From: Amphiscolops sp. MND2022
Lineage: Eukaryota
NCBI GenBank assembly: GCA_964187785.1
Contig: OZ076418.1
Location: 26,784,001 to 26,848,000 of the forward strand
Length of the DNA stretch: 64,000 bases
Direction of reading: 5' to 3'
Part shown: piece after piece, positions 22,652 to 34,500 of the stretch
Layout of the letters: the number at the start of each line of letters is the position of its first letter
Position numbering within the stretch: the stretch's first letter is position 1
Notes under the pieces: model-generated
What the model saw: the letters and a program-made list of their open reading frames with translations, nothing else
Told to the model about the DNA's origin: nothing
Database searches by the model: none
Made by a program: the position numbers and the translations under genes

Positions 22652-25600
22652 ATGACTACTGAAAAAGCAACAAAGGACATCATGAAGCTGAAGCGAGTGC
22701 ACGGTGGACACAAGGCGGCTTTTACCCGTCTGACAACAAGTGTTGAAGATCTTCTCAGAGCTTCAATTGAAGATGATGAAAAGCTATGTGAAGCTGAAGG
22801 ACTTTTGACCAGCTTAAACAGAAAAATGCTAGACATTTACAGATGGGATACAGAAATTCAGCTGGAAAGAGAAGGCGAGGCTAAATTAGAAGCCGATACA
22901 GAAGCTTCAACAACATTCGACGTCTCCTCTGGTATCACAATTGCTCGTCTAACTGCACTAAGTCACAATTACAAGAAACGAACTACAGCACGAACAATTT
23001 CATTACACGAAGTAGTTCTTCTCCATCAAGTACAAGTAGCCTTAAACTACCCTAGCTATAATTACCCAGTTTCAGTGGTTTATATACAGAATGGAATTCC
23101 TTTAGAGATCTCTTCAACGCATCAGGAGACTCCAACACACAGCTCAGTAACTCAGAGAAATTGAATTACTTGCGTGCCTGCGTCAAAGGTGATGCAGCAA
23201 AATTATTCAGCTCGCTCACCATCACAGATGCTAATTACAGTATCGCCGAGCGTTTGCTGACTGGAAGGTATGAAAATAAGCGTAGTATTGTTAACGCTCA
23301 TCACAAAACCATCTGGTCCCAACCTTCTATCAAGACAGAATCAGGAAGTGCGCTAAGAAAATTGTTAGAAACTACCAATGAAAATTTGTGAGCACTCCAA
23401 GAGCAGGTTCAAGGTACCGAGTATTGGGACCCTCTTTTAGTCTTCTGGTTATGCGACTAGATGGACCCGGAATCCAGAAAGCAGTGGGAATTGGATAATA
23501 CCGCTGGTACGGAGCTATTAACATGGAAACAGCTGTCAAAGTTCCTTGACACTAGAAGTAGAGCACTTGAAACCAGCAGAACCAAGATGGTATCCAATAC
23601 CAATCAATCACAGCCACCTCGTGAAAAGCGAGTTCAATTCTATACTGATTCAACAGTGTGTAGCCAAAATTGCACTGAAGAACACAAACTTCATGCTTGT
23701 CCCCAATTCAAGCAAATGTCAATTCCAGATAGATATAACTGCGTGAAGACCAATCGGGCATGCTTCAGTTGTCTCCAATCTGGTCACAGCGCTTCCAAAT
23801 GCCCATCCAAGTTTACTTGTCGCGAATGCAAACAAAGACATCGTACACTTCTACGCCGAACCCTCAAAGGCAATCAGGATAAAAAAGAAAATGCAGCAGG
23901 ATTATTCAGTAATCTTCCAGACACAGCTTCAGAAGATACTTCAGAACTTGAGTAGACAGCAGATCAAGTTACATCGGGACATTGCAATGCCAGTGTACCA
24001 ATCAACAATGTGTTGTTATCTAATGCTCTCGTATCAATCAAAGACTACTGGCAAGACTGTGAAGCTTCGAGCATTGCTTGATTTGGGTTCTCAAGCCAGT
24101 TTCATTACGGAAAAAAAGGCAGCAGCTCTGATGCTCAAAGTGAAAAGAAGTCAAGTCGCAATCACCACTTTGGGAGCATCAGCTACTGAAAAGACGAAAG
24201 TGATATTAGCAACGAAGCTTAACAACACTGTGCCTGTTAATCTTCACGTCATCCCGAAAATAACAAATCAAGTGCCCACGAGTAATGTCGATGTCTCTCA
24301 ATTGCATCATATTCGCAATCTGAAACTTGCTGATCCAGCATTCAATACACCTGGATAAAATGATGTACTACTTGGAGCTGATGTTCTCGAGGATGTGATG
24401 ATGGAAGCCAAACTCAAGGATGGTGGCCTATCAGTTCGTGACTCGATCTTCGGTTGGGTAGTGTCAGGCCCAGTGAAACCTCTTCAAGGAATGTGTATCA
24501 CCTCTCATCATATTGCATTTGAACCCAACCACGATACTGATCAATTGCTGTCTCGTCTATCGGAATTGGAGAATGTGCCTGAGAAAAGACATATATCTTC
24601 AGAAGAAAAACGATGTGAAGAGCATTTTGATCGCACTACCAAAAGAAAGGATGACGGACGTTTCATTGTGGAAATGCCCTTCAAGGAAGACTGTTCACAG
24701 CTTGGGCACAGCAAAACCTTAGCTATGCGGGGCTTTCTAAACCTTGAACGAAAGCTAATTCGTGACCAGTCCCTCCATGAACGTTACTCTGCATTCATCA
24801 AGGTATTCATCGACATGGGTCATCTCGAAAAGGTACCCATTTATGAACTGGAATTATCTCGCAATTGCTACCTTCCTCATCACTGTGTCACGAAGGAAAG
24901 CAGTTCAACAACAAAACTTCGAGTTGTCTTTGACGCTAGCGCAAAAACCACAAGCGGACTGTCTCTTAAAGATTGTTTGCTAGTGGGGCCGAAATTGCAA
25001 GCTGACTTATTTCACATTCTAATACGATTTCGCTTCTTCAAGGTGGCAATGTCTGCTGACGTTGCTAAGATGTACAGGCAAGTGGAGCTATGCCCAAGGG
25101 ATAAAGATTTACATAGACTTTTATGGCGATTCCATCAAACAGAGTCAATTGGCACGTACAGAATGACACGAGTAACGTACGGCGTGGCTAGCTCTTCATA
25201 CCACTCTATTTGCAGCCTCATGGAGAGTGCGCCAATTTTGAAGACACGCAGGAGTCTGTGCGTGATGCACTCACAAGGGACTTCTATGTGGACGACATCC
25301 TGACTGGTGCTAGCTCGGAGACGGAAGCAGTGGAGCTGCAAGACTGACTCATCAAGACACTGAAGAAGGGCCAACTTGACTTGCGAACATGGACCTGTTA
25401 TCTGCCAGAACTCGTATTGAGGCTTCCACCAGAAAACCGTGAAGCGAATGAAGAATTCAAGTTTCGTGATGAGACACACACCATCAAGACGTTAGGCGTT
25501 GTCTGGAATCCTTCTAGCGACAAATTTACCTTCACAGTATCTCATCCTTCAAATGATCTCGATGAAGCAACCATCACTAAAAGAAAGATGTTAAGTGACA

Positions 25601-27888
25601 TCGCCAAAATCTTCGATCCTCTCGGTTGGCTGTCACCTGTTTCACTAGAGCTAAAACACTTGTAGAACAGGTGTGGCAATGTCGAGTTGATTGGGATCAA
25701 AAACTTCCGACCGAATTAAAAACAGCCTATCTTGATTGGAGAAGGAAACTCGAAGCCTTGAAGGACATTCAATTGCAAAGATTCTGCCTTCCAAGGAACA
25801 ATCTGACAAAGTTGCACTACATGTATTCTGCGATGCATCAGAGAAAGGCTATGCTGCGTGCATCTACGTGGTAGCTGAAAATGATGATGCAGAAAGGACA
25901 TCAAGGCTCCTAGCTGCCAAGTCTAGAGTGGCTCCCCTCAAAGTGCAATCAATACCTCGATTGGAGCTATGTGGTGCATTCTTGGGACAACGACTGCTCT
26001 CTTCAGTACTCCGAGGACTCTCCAAACTGAAGTTGGCAATTGTTCAGAGATTTGCCTGTTTTGCCTGGACCGATTCGACCATTGTATTGAGCTGGCTGAA
26101 GCAGGAACCCAATCACTGGACAACGTTTGCTACAAATCGAGTGGCGGAAATCCAGCAGGATAGCGAATTATACTGGCGACATGTACCAACGCATGAGAAT
26201 CCAGCTGATATAGCATCTCGTGGGCTCAACCCGTCTCTTTTGGCAGAAAACGAGCTTTGGTGGTCTGGCCCCAAATGGCTCAAATTTGGACAAATTCCAG
26301 AGCCCTATCATTCATTGGAAACGAAGGAAGAATGCAAGAAGACAGCACCCTCCACACAACTTCTTCTAGCAAGGACTACTTCTGAGGGAATTTCGTCTGA
26401 AGGAGTCATCGACTTATCAAAACAGAATTCATTGATGAAGGCCATTCGAATTGTTGCCTTCATTCGGAGGTTCATCAATCGCCTGAGGAAGAATCTCAAT
26501 CAATTGCCCATGTACATCACAAGGGAAGAATCATCAGAAGCTCTCAAGATTCTCCTTCGACTAGAGCAACAGAAATTTTTTGAAGAGGAAATTAGAACAC
26601 TCGAAAAGGATGTTCAAGTGAGAAAGACTAGCAGACTTGTCAAATTATACCCTTTTCTTCATGAAGGCGTCTTGTGCGTGGGAGGACGATTAATTCACGC
26701 CACCCTGGCAGATGAAGCAAAATATCCAAGAATCGTTCCCGCCGAAAGTGATCTGGCAGAGTTAATTATCAAAAACTCTCACAGAATCACCCTACATGGG
26801 GGCACTTACCAAGTCATCGCCCACATTAGACAGCATTTTTGGATCCCTGCATTCAGGAATCTCGTCCGGAATACAATCATGAATTGTACTACATGTTCAC
26901 GATTAACATCCAAACCTTGTTATCCTCTTATGGGGGATCTCCCAAAGCAACGAGTGGACATTCCCAATCGGGCGTTTCAAGATGTAGGCTTGGTTTTTGC
27001 TGGACCTTTTTTGTGCAAGGGTCCTAATTGCACTTCAACCACAGCCTATTTGGCCATTTTTACATGCTTTGCAAGCCGTGCTGTACATCTAGAAGCTGTA
27101 TCCGATTTAACAGCACAAGCATGCATTGCTGCCTTGAGACGCTTTATGTCCCGACGAGGCGGTCCTGACACAATATACTCTGACAATGGGAGTAACTTTG
27201 TTGGAGCTCAAGCTGAGATCAAAACATTGCAACATTTGCTCCAGAGCGAACATGAGAATTCTCTACAAGCAACAGCTGCCGGATTGCAAATAAAGTGGTC
27301 TTTCATTCCCCTCGAGCGCCACACTTTGGAGGACTTTGGGCGGCAGCAGTGAAGAGTGCAAAGAAACATCTGCGTCGAACAATGGGTAATAATGTGCTCA
27401 ACTTCGAAGAACTTTCCACACTATTCTGCCACATCGAAAGTGTACTTAATTCCAGACCTTTTGGAACAATCTCAGAAGATCCAAAGGAGGAAACTCCGAT
27501 AACGCCTGCAGATTTGTGTAGTGGTGGAAAGTTGGATCTAATCCCTTCACAAAGTTGAAGCACGCCATCAAATATAGAAGATTGCTCCCCCATGAAACGT
27601 TGGTCATTCACACAAAATTTACTACATGGGTTCTGGAAACGGTGGTCTAAGGAATATGTGTCATCTCTTCAAGAACGAGGAAAATGGACATCGGGGAAGG
27701 AAAATCTTAAACTCGGGGATATTGTATATATTACAGACGACAATACACCGCCCTTGCAATGGCCCATAGGACGAGTAATACATCTTTACAGTGGACCTGA
27801 CAGATTCGTCCGTGTTGTTAAGATCAAAACAACAACTGGAATTTACAATCATGCAGTCCACAAATCACAAAGGATTCCATTAGCTTGA
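22652..27888 (+). pseudogene. gag-pol copy 3, full length (gag, PR, RT, RNase H, integrase, DUF5641-like C-terminus) but frameshifted
   Basis: All motifs of copy 1 plus the integrase HHCC region (HRITLHGG...CTTC), [32 protein letters not shown] and FWKRWSKEY. Confidence 0.93.
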
Positions 27889-27980
27889 TGCTAATCTATT
27901 GAAATTCGAATGTTGGGCCGTATACCGTATACACTTATAGCAGATAGTCTAACCCTGTAAATTATTATTCACCAATCTTC

Positions 27981-27997
27981 AAGACAGGCGGGCGGTA
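27981..27997 (+). promoter_or_regulatory. Polypurine tract
   Basis: AAGACAGGCGGGCGGTA immediately before the TGT of LTR4. Confidence 0.8.
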
Positions 27998-29852
27998 TGT
28001 CTAAAATGGATATTTGGCTATTTCTCGGGACCCAGCAATCGGATTGGCACCAAATTTGGCAGGGAAACAGATAATTTTATGCCTGATTCAGCGCCTTTGA
28101 AACCCTTACCTTTTATTGTGATTTAGACTATCCGACGGGCATCCGAAGTTATACCCTAACTTAATACATGGGGTTTTCCCACTCTCCACAATAAAAATCG
28201 TCCCCCAGAAAAACTCAAGGAGCAAACCTCCTGGTTTTTTTGGCCGTATAACTTTTGGACTTCACACTCTACTTATGCACAGTACTTTGGAATCCTTCCT
28301 GTTATTGGATGGAATTTGATGACAATAACAAAAATGAAGTTACTCACTACTCAATTGACCTGATAGGAACTCTTTCCCGTATTATTTGCAAACCGAGAGT
28401 TTATCCAGGCTTCTCTGGCTAGCCTCTTGGTCTCTGTACCATTAATCACGTACGAAATCATCGATGTAGTCGCTGTACCCATTCTGTCTGACATTGTCAG
28501 AACGCAATGGGCTAATCCCCAAGGCAAGATTATACTGTCGCCGGTCTTCTGGATCGCCCAGTGAATTTGTTTTTGTCGCTCTCCGCCGCCCTCAAGCAGC
28601 TTCAACAGATCCACTAGGCGTCCACTGTCACGGCAAAGCTCACGGGCTAGCTCCGTTTGGGTGCACACCAGCCACAACTTCCATCCGGAGATGACTGTTG
28701 TAACTGATGGGGATGCTGGATCGAAGTCGACGTGCCACAGCGTCCATGATCGTCCAACAGCCACAAACAGGCATGCCTCATGCAAATCGCAGTCTTGGTT
28801 CTCTTTACCCCTCGTTACGGCCCACGATGTTCCATCATCCACTGCGTTACACCAGTTCTTCTCGTAGCAGTGCTAAAAGCGAGTAGCACCAAATCCTTTG
28901 CATTTCTTGACTTTCATGTACTCTTGATCGACTCTTTTAAGTAAAGTGGCTTCATTGCCAAAAAATTTGGCCAAGAATCTACCCCAGTTTTTGCCCAATT
29001 TGGGGAATGGACAGATCGGGAGTATCAGGCAGCTCGCCTTTATTAATTTCCTTAGTTGGTGTCAGCAAATTGCCGCAAGTGATCAATGACACTATGTGAT
29101 CGACGAGATTATTGACATCCATCTGGAAAACAAAACAGTGCAAACATCGTCATATCAACTGGGAAATCAATCATAGACATCAGGAATTCCAAAAAACATC
29201 AAAGAGACCAAACTCCTGGCAATGACCATTTTTCATCAAATGGCAATTTCAATGACCAATGCTGGTTCGAAACATCACGGAAATGAACCATTTATTGTAT
29301 TCCTGTATTCATTGCGACTAATTTGCATCAGCAAGACGTTCGATAGTGAATTTCATCATTTTCGACATTTTCGACTAGTTTGTGTGAAACAGCCAAATCG
29401 TGACTTGAGCAGAAGAGGGTGTTGACAACGAAACTTTCACCAGCAATTATATAACATGTAAAAGTCATATTAGTGAAGACAGGCCTAAGTTGAGTTTGTT
29501 TTATCTTTTTTAAACTCTACTAAAGACTATTACTATAAATTGAATGCATATTTGTCGAGTTAGCGTATATTGGTAAAAGTGCTTTTTTGCCGAATTCAAA
29601 TCAGCCAATCAAATTGCGCCATTTGTCAGTACTGACATGCTTCATTTCTCCATTATATTTGTTCAGTTTTTTGCATTGTTTTGACTTCTTATAGTTGCTT
29701 TTCGCGCTATTTGTCTGAAGAAATTCACCGCTTTATATTAAAGCACCTATTTTACCTCGAACATTTCGAGTGGTCCGCCATCGGACGACAGTCAAGGACG
29801 TAAATTACTTCTGCAAATGTTGTTAATCCTACGAAGAGTGTCGGCGCGTTCA
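27998..29852 (+). repeat. LTR4 (complete 3' LTR, 1855 bp), clearly more diverged from LTR1-3 than they are from each other
   Basis: TGTCTAAAATGG ... GCGTTCA followed by the TSD; many substitutions and several indels relative to LTR1. Confidence 0.93.
28351..29122 (-). pseudogene. Antisense JmjC-domain ORF in LTR4; the catalytic core is uninterrupted (ORF 28351-28842)
   Basis: CLFVAVGRSWTLWHVDFDPASPSVTTVISGWKLWLV...IHWAIQKTGDSIILPWGLAHCVLT in one frame; His 28732-28734, Asp 28726-28728, Lys 28678-28680, His 28507-28509; an upstream TAG and a deletion of about 26 bp disrupt the N-terminal part. Confidence 0.9.
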
Positions 29853-30383
29853 CATGGCACCAATTTAGAAACGATTTATGTCATCTGAAAAGTGACTAAA
29901 TGAAATGACCGGCTAACGCACAAACAACTCGCCTGTTTTCACAAATTGGCTGGTTAACTAGACTTTCATCGGTCTTTGACTTTTGAGCTCCTTAATGAAG
30001 TTCATTCTGTTTTGCTGGTACACGACTTAAACTATACCAAACCTCCACTCCAAACAACACACTGAAATCTCAGTTGCATATCCTCCAAAAGTATTGATGC
30101 ACCAAGTGGGACATTACCCTACCCGCCGTAGTCAGTCTTTACCGATCTGTCATGCAAACCCAAGTTTTACATGGAGCACCAATATGGGCACAAAAGAATA
30201 TCAAATCTACAACTTCCAAAACAGTATCGTGAGATCGATGTTCAAGAACTGTTTATCGCCACCTATTAGTTCAGCTGACGCTCTCATCGGGATCCCAACA
30301 AATGACCTTTTCTGCATGAGGCCTTGATTTTCTTGGTTACATTTTTAGCGGAAAATGTGCCGGTGTTAGCGGGTGTCTTGTTT

Positions 30384-31251
30384 GTTTGTTTGTTGGAGGG
30401 CTTTCTCAGCACACGCTGACTGGTGATCCTTTGTCAAAGACCGCCATTTGCTGTCTGGTGAGCTGTCTGGGACAGGGTAACGTCTATCAAGCTGTTAGTT
30501 GAATGATTTCTCCTGCTGGTGTATCCAGGTACCAAGGGCTCATCTGGAAGCATTTCAAGAAATTGATCCAATTCTGATATAAACTACTCTAGACCGCAGT
30601 TCGTCATGTTTCTTTGGCGACATGGTTAGCAATTGAACAAGTTCGGACCATTAATGACGAAATTTGATGATTTAAGGGTTTTGACTCGATCTCTCGCATT
30701 CCCATTGATTGTAGGAACGAGGAAATGGGGACATATCCGAGGCACGTTTTATGCTTCGCATCATTCCTACATTAATGGTCTTATTCTGTTATTTTTGCTC
30801 TCAAATTAGAAGAGATTTTTAGACCTGATTATTTAGATCAATATATTTAGGTCTCACTTTTGCCCCCTCTCTTAGATCTATTTCATTAGATCTGATTCCA
30901 CGTAGCCATACATAATTATGTATCTTTCCCGTGTTCTTTCCAGGGAATATAGCCGGAATTTCTGTAGTCGCTCCCAGTAATCAAGCTTATTTGCTCCAGC
31001 GATGCGGCGGGTAAAATTCTTTCGTAGGATCTCCAGCTTGTTGATCTCACCTTTCCTCATGGGATTCCACAATTGACAACAGTAGTCTAAATGTGGGATT
31101 ACAAGAGATTTCCAAAGTTGTATCATTACTTCAGGTGTTCGGGTTTTGAAGCATCGGCATTTTGATGAAATAGTTGATTGAGCTTTTGAGACAATAGTTT
31201 CAATGTGTGCTGTGAAGGTGGCATCGTGGCTCATAGCTATTCCAAGATCTA
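30384..31251 (-). mobile_element. 5'-truncated CR1-like LINE with (AAAC)n tail
   Basis: ORF 30878-31234 (PHLDYCCQLWNP...YWERLQKFRLYSLER); tail visible as tgtttgtttgtttgtt at 30379-30394; TGTTT on both sides. Confidence 0.75.
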
Positions 31252-31502
31252 TGTTTAAAAATAAAGTTTACCTATTACAAATCCTGCATTAGAACACATT
31301 GCCTTTTAACGGACGCTTGCCTAGGATATAGGGCTAAGATTTTCAAAATGATATTTCTTACCTTTAGCCCTGAATAACTTGAGTGCATGAGGCCTTGATT
31401 TACTTGTTGTCATAAATGCTGAAGAATTTGAAGAGTTTTAAAATGCTTTGGATTTCAGATTTTGGTTTGAAAAACTTTCTCGAAAATGTAGTGGATTGAA
31501 GA

Positions 31503-34500
31503 ATGTCAGATAGCCCATACGAATCTCCTGCAAGTGGGGACGATGAATATCACTCTTTACAGGAGTTAAATTCAGTGGGTTATAGTTCATCAATTCCAGC
31601 TGCTGAAGTGTCTGAATTCATTTCCCCTATTGAAGCAGCGCTCGCTAATACTTGTAAGTAACAATCTTCGATGCGTTGTAAGTATAATGCAAATCAATTT
31701 TTGCTGGATTTTACAATCTTCAAAATATCCTGAAAATTTCCGTACATTGTCAAGTCAAAATGTGTGAATAGATTGTTCCTAGGTTGTCCTATAAATTTTT
31801 TATATTAAATATTGCATTTAACCTCTTTGTGGCTATCGCCATCTTCGAAATGCAAAGTTTTTGCATTTTTCAGCTTTGAACAAAAGCGAGTACCTGAGGT
31901 TTTTTGAAATTCAATACAACAGAAGTGACTGCTTCTGCGAGCAGAAAAAACCGTTCATCTGGAAAGGCAACCTCTGATTATCGACATTTTCACCGAAGGT
32001 CGACTGTCAATTCTAGTTTCGATGATAATCATGTCCTCATTCATGAAACCATCATCTAAGGCCTCATTCTGTTGACTATCGAAATCAGTCTTCTTCCATT
32101 TGAGAGAACTGAAAGCATGTATCATGATTGTTTTTTTTCTGAACTCAATGCGTGGTTCCTCTTGTGCCGGTTTTTTGTCAAGTTTGAAATTCCTTACTTT
32201 CTTTTCGACACTATTTGTTCAAATTTTCAAATTTATCCTCTAGTCTTCATTTCCTCCACTTACCAAGGTTTTACAATATTTATTTATATAGGACCGTTAG
32301 TGACACTGCAAGGAGGCTCTGCAGCTTGCAGCGTACACGACACCCTCTTCAACCTTTTCCTTATCGCCCTCCTTTTAACAACGGGCTTCTTTCACATTTG
32401 TCCCAACATGAAAAATGGGTTTCGGTTCGCACGGTCCCTTTTTATTTTTTTTCTAATCTTCATTTATGCCATTTTACTGTTGTTTTGATCGACTTTTGTT
32501 TGAGACAGGTCATCAGGACATTATTAAACTCTGAAGGTTTAGTTATCTCGCCTCTTGAATTACTCTCAAAAACAAACACCCAAAGTTTTGATTACCTTGT
32601 GAGAAGTCTGTTTTTGAAAACAGTCTTTTCTGGTGACATTGAATCTGCTCTTCTTGGATGTCCATTGCTATTGTCTATTCTTCCCATCTCATCTGATTGA
32701 CCAATACAGCCTCTTCCGAACTAACGGATGCACTGGGCACCAATGAGCAAGACCCCGTTGCTCTGGCGTCTGAAAAAAGCGTCTCTATTTGGCTCGCCGA
32801 CCTACAATCGAGAGGTTTCGAATTCAATTCAACCAAGATCTGTGATTGTCTCGCGTCAAGGTTCTAGTCATAATGCTGACATTTCAGCCAGTGTTTCCCA
32901 GAATCCAGTGTTGCATGATCAAACATTGAACAACAATTGTTTGACATCTTCATTTAATAGTTGATGTAAACGTGAATATGTTCCAATCGCACTTGATAAA
33001 GTCCGTTCGTTATAATCGGTTTGTTATCAGTTTTCAGGTACTTCATTAAAAGTCTGAAATAATACATTGACGGTTTGGTACCCAGGAATGATGCCGTTGG
33101 GTGGAAAATCTCTAATCCAAAAAAACTGCATATGAAATTGTTTATTGGCAACCGTCGTTTATTGACAACAATTGACGGTACCTCGACTTGACGGTACCTC
33201 GACATTAAGTATTTCGAAAATATGTTGACAAAAATTAGATAACCATCTACGGGCTTTTTAAAACCCTCAAGTTCCAATTTCAGAGGTACCAAGGGCTGTA
33301 AGAGAACCATTACATTTCTGCTGAAGGAAAGGTTGTTGGTTCGGTTTTTAGCGGAGTGCTTCGAAAGCAACTGGAAGAAACTGTTAGTTCCTAAAGTTTC
33401 TTTTCGATGACTCCCAGTTTCGTCGACAAGTCTATCGAAAGATATTGAGTCTGGCAAATCCACAAGTGGGAAATGGGCAAACGAAGTTGTAAGCGAGAGG
33501 AACTGGAAGATTTGTGAGAGGAACTGAAGATTGGCGCTTTAAATTGTTACATTTTTTTCAGAGTGGAAACGTTGTAATTACACTTGTGATAAGCAAGTGT
33601 TATGGGAAAGTGCGGGTGCTTTTTTTCCGCGCGACAACTCTCTCGTTTCAGACCGCAAGTCGCATAGTCTGAATTTGTGGCCGTGCAAGTCGCAACTTCT
33701 GGCACTTGGCATAGAGGTTAATTAGGATTTTTTGAGGTCTGCCAAGCAGAAGGACGTGGGTTCGAGTCTCACCCTTGACCGAAATTTTTTGTGCATGTTA
33801 AAGTTTTTTTTGAAAAGTTTTCAAGTCTCGCTTAATTTTTTGAAATTTTGCAACAGAATGGATGTTAAAAAAATCTCAAAGTGCCCCCTTATACAGTTTT
33901 CGGCATTGTGAGATTTTTCAAATCGAATAATTTTTGTCTTAAATTTAGGTTTTCTCAGGCCCAGCACGGTATATCCGATTTTTGTTTTTTCTATGCGACT
34001 TTTTTCTAATTTGTTTTCATCGAAGCCCCCTCAATTTTTACTAGAAACGAAACGTTTTGCGAGCATAAGGCACTGCTCAAGGTTTTCGGCACTATGCGAC
34101 TTGCCGGAGACCTTCATCAAATTTTTTTCCTCAATTTTCTGTTTTTTAAAGGTTTACGGTTGAGAAAGATGGGTTTCCTGTTGTTTCCAGTTGAAGAAGA
34201 ATTGTTTTCGAGATTTATGGGTATCCCTTCGGGATTTTTTGGCGTAAAATTGATGAAATTTTAACAATGTCCTTTTACCCTTGGCTCTCCGTATGATATT
34301 GCTTATTTGGGTTTCTTTCTGGCAACTTTCTTCGCAAGTGTTTGCGAAGCACGGCTTCGCCTCTGTGTTTTGATACTGTTGAACTTGAAGTTTTGAACCA
34401 TCAATTTCTCATGCTTCCGTTATAGTTGTTGTCCTAAATGTGAATCTGTTCGCTCTTACCTGGTGGATTGCGCGCATTATTGTTGGGTTTTTAGTCGGCG

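Larger units (their letters stand above)
11006..29852 (+). mobile_element. BEL/Pao LTR retrotransposon 2: single insertion, internally triplicated (LTR-int-LTR-int-LTR-int-LTR)
   Basis: TGT at 11006, CA at 29852, 5-bp TSD CATGG (11001-11005 and 29853-29857), PBS after each of the first three LTRs, PPT before the last, domain order gag-PR-RT-RH-IN. Confidence 0.95.

Noticed and set aside
31700-33470. ORFs in CRBN intron 1 (32072-32488, 32215-32700, 32954-33463) as a nested gene
   Set aside because: No recognisable motif and stops in the most plausible minus frame; probably a decayed repeat, but I cannot assign it
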